Shown here in pieces: positions 63,110 through 64,000 of a stretch of 64,000 nucleotides of DNA. Under the pieces are notes generated by a model that saw nothing but the letters and a program-made list of their open reading frames with translations, did not search any database and had not been told where the DNA came from. This DNA comes from Oscillospiraceae bacterium (GTDB lineage Bacteria; Bacteroidota; Bacteroidia; Bacteroidales; WCHB1-69): the NCBI GenBank assembly GCA_963620035.1, contig CAVEXN010000004.1:13979-77978 (forward strand), read 5' to 3'. Position 1 is the first letter of the stretch; every line of letters begins with the position of its first letter. The position numbers and the translations under genes were made by a program.

Positions 63110-64000
63110 ATGTCCAATTCCAGACCTTGGCAAGGGAAAACCGGCGGAGGGAAGTTCGGACAGAAATGCCTGTTTGCCATACTCCGGCATGTCAGCGTAA
63201 CTGTGCTCTACCCTGTGGTTTACCTTGCTGTCCCGTTCTATTTCATCTTCTCATTCCGGTCAATCCGTGAAATATACCGCTATTTCCGCCGCATCCACGG
63301 CTTCGGCAGAGGACGTGCTTTCCAATCCACTTGCCGTAATGTGGTCATATTCGGCCGCGTCGTCATCGACAAGTTCGCCCTGCTGGCCGGACGCAGCGAC
63401 CAGTTCCGCATCGCTGTGGACAATATGGAAGTCTTCAAACAATTGCTGGATAAAGATAGCGGCTTTATGATGGCCAGTTCCCACATCGGGAACTTCGAAT
63501 TGTGTGGCCATTGCCTCTCCCAAGAGCGCAAAACCATATACGGCATCATATTCGGCGGCGAAAGCGAATCGTTCCAGCAACGCCGCGACCTGTCTCTGAA
63601 ACGCAACCATGTGAAACTTGTGCCCGTGCGTGACGACATGTCTCATCTCTTCACCATCAAGGAAGCCGTTGAAAACGGCGACATCATCACCATTCCATGC
63701 GACCGTCTTTTCGGAAGCTCCAAGATGATGACAGTTGATTTTCTCGGCCACCCGGCAGATTTCCCCATCGGGCCATTCCGCCTGGCAGCGCAGATGAACA
63801 TTCCTGTCATCGCCGTCTTCATCATGAAAGGCAAAGGGGTTTGCTACGAAGGGCATATCTTTCCGCTTGACGAAAACCTATACGGACTGAACGTCACGAT
63901 GAAAACCGAAGCTTTGCTCCGACAATTCGTGAAATCGACCGAGCAAGTCCTGCGGAAATACCCGGAACAATGGTTCAACTATTACAATTTTTGGAAATAA
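63110..64000 (+). CDS. LpxL/lysophospholipid acyltransferase-family protein
   Basis: 296 aa. N-terminal TM and an HX4(D/E) motif 'SSHIGNFE'. The stop codon occupies the last 3 nt of the window. Confidence 0.75.
   Translation: MSNSRPWQGKTGGGKFGQKCLFAILRHVSVTVLYPVVYLAVPFYFIFSFRSIREIYRYFRRIHGFGRGRAFQSTCRNVVIFGRVVIDKFALLAGRSDQFRIAVDNMEVFKQLLDKDSGFMMASSHIGNFELCGHCLSQERKTIYGIIFGGESESFQQRRDLSLKRNHVKLVPVRDDMSHLFTIKEAVENGDIITIPCDRLFGSSKMMTVDFLGHPADFPIGPFRLAAQMNIPVIAVFIMKGKGVCYEGHIFPLDENLYGLNVTMKTEALLRQFVKSTEQVLRKYPEQWFNYYNFWK

Noticed and set aside
1-64000. CRISPR arrays, IS elements/transposases, integrases, prophage genes, toxin-antitoxin pairs or known defence-system genes.
   Set aside because: No regularly spaced direct repeats were seen in any intergenic region. 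No ORF shows DDE/serine/tyrosine recombinase, Cas, restriction-modification or typical defence ATPase/nuclease motifs. yifB/comM is a conserved housekeeping-type AAA+ protein in ordinary context.

Overview
The window reads as a gene-dense, mostly core chromosomal segment of a Bacteroidota (Bacteroidales-like) genome. The taxonomic guess rests on four things: about 20 intergenic matches to the Bacteroides -7 promoter box TAnnTTTG placed 18-70 nt upstream of starts; A-rich leaders without Shine-Dalgarno sequences; T9SS-type C-terminal domains; and Bacteroidota-typical families (FISUMP, DUF4293-like, DUF3822-like, BatA-N, thioredoxin-fold CxxC paralogs). I call about 60 protein genes, one tRNA-Val(TAC), and several intrinsic terminators. 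I found no CRISPR array, rRNA, transposase, integrase or phage gene. Recognisable housekeeping genes are cysS, tgt, asd, glmM, pepD, mnmE, ansA, yifB/comM, folK, rsmD, pth, rlmB, miaA, rbfA and recO. Many genes are translationally coupled, with ATGA 4-nt overlaps at 47837, 52432, 53244, 53750, 56174 and 60850. Three metabolic themes stand out. (1) A split butyryl-CoA-type module: an orphan CoA-transferase B subunit plus acyl-CoA dehydrogenase and etfBA at 18.3-22.1 kb, and crt-hbd at 43.8-45.5 kb. (2) The 5' end of an aryl-polyene/flexirubin-type lipid biosynthetic cluster at 59.3-64.0 kb (MIO ammonia-lyase, FabG, KAS, ACP, LpxL-like acyltransferase), which runs off the window edge. (3) A compact four-gene minus-strand operon at 36.2-40.7 kb: an SDR fused to a zinc-ribbon-like tail, a FISUMP protein, a PP-loop-like/Cys-cluster protein and an NTP-transferase. 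I cannot assign this operon to a described pathway, and it is my best candidate for something uncharacterised. Smaller oddities are a very AT-rich 0.5-kb intergenic region with stacked promoter boxes and a UUCG hairpin, a perfect 17-bp palindrome in the asd divergent promoter region, and an AT-rich islet carrying a Met-less TTG-initiated ORF. All functional calls come from reading motifs in the translated ORFs by eye. No BLAST, HMM or folding computation was possible, so family names are recognition-based and novelty claims are hypotheses.
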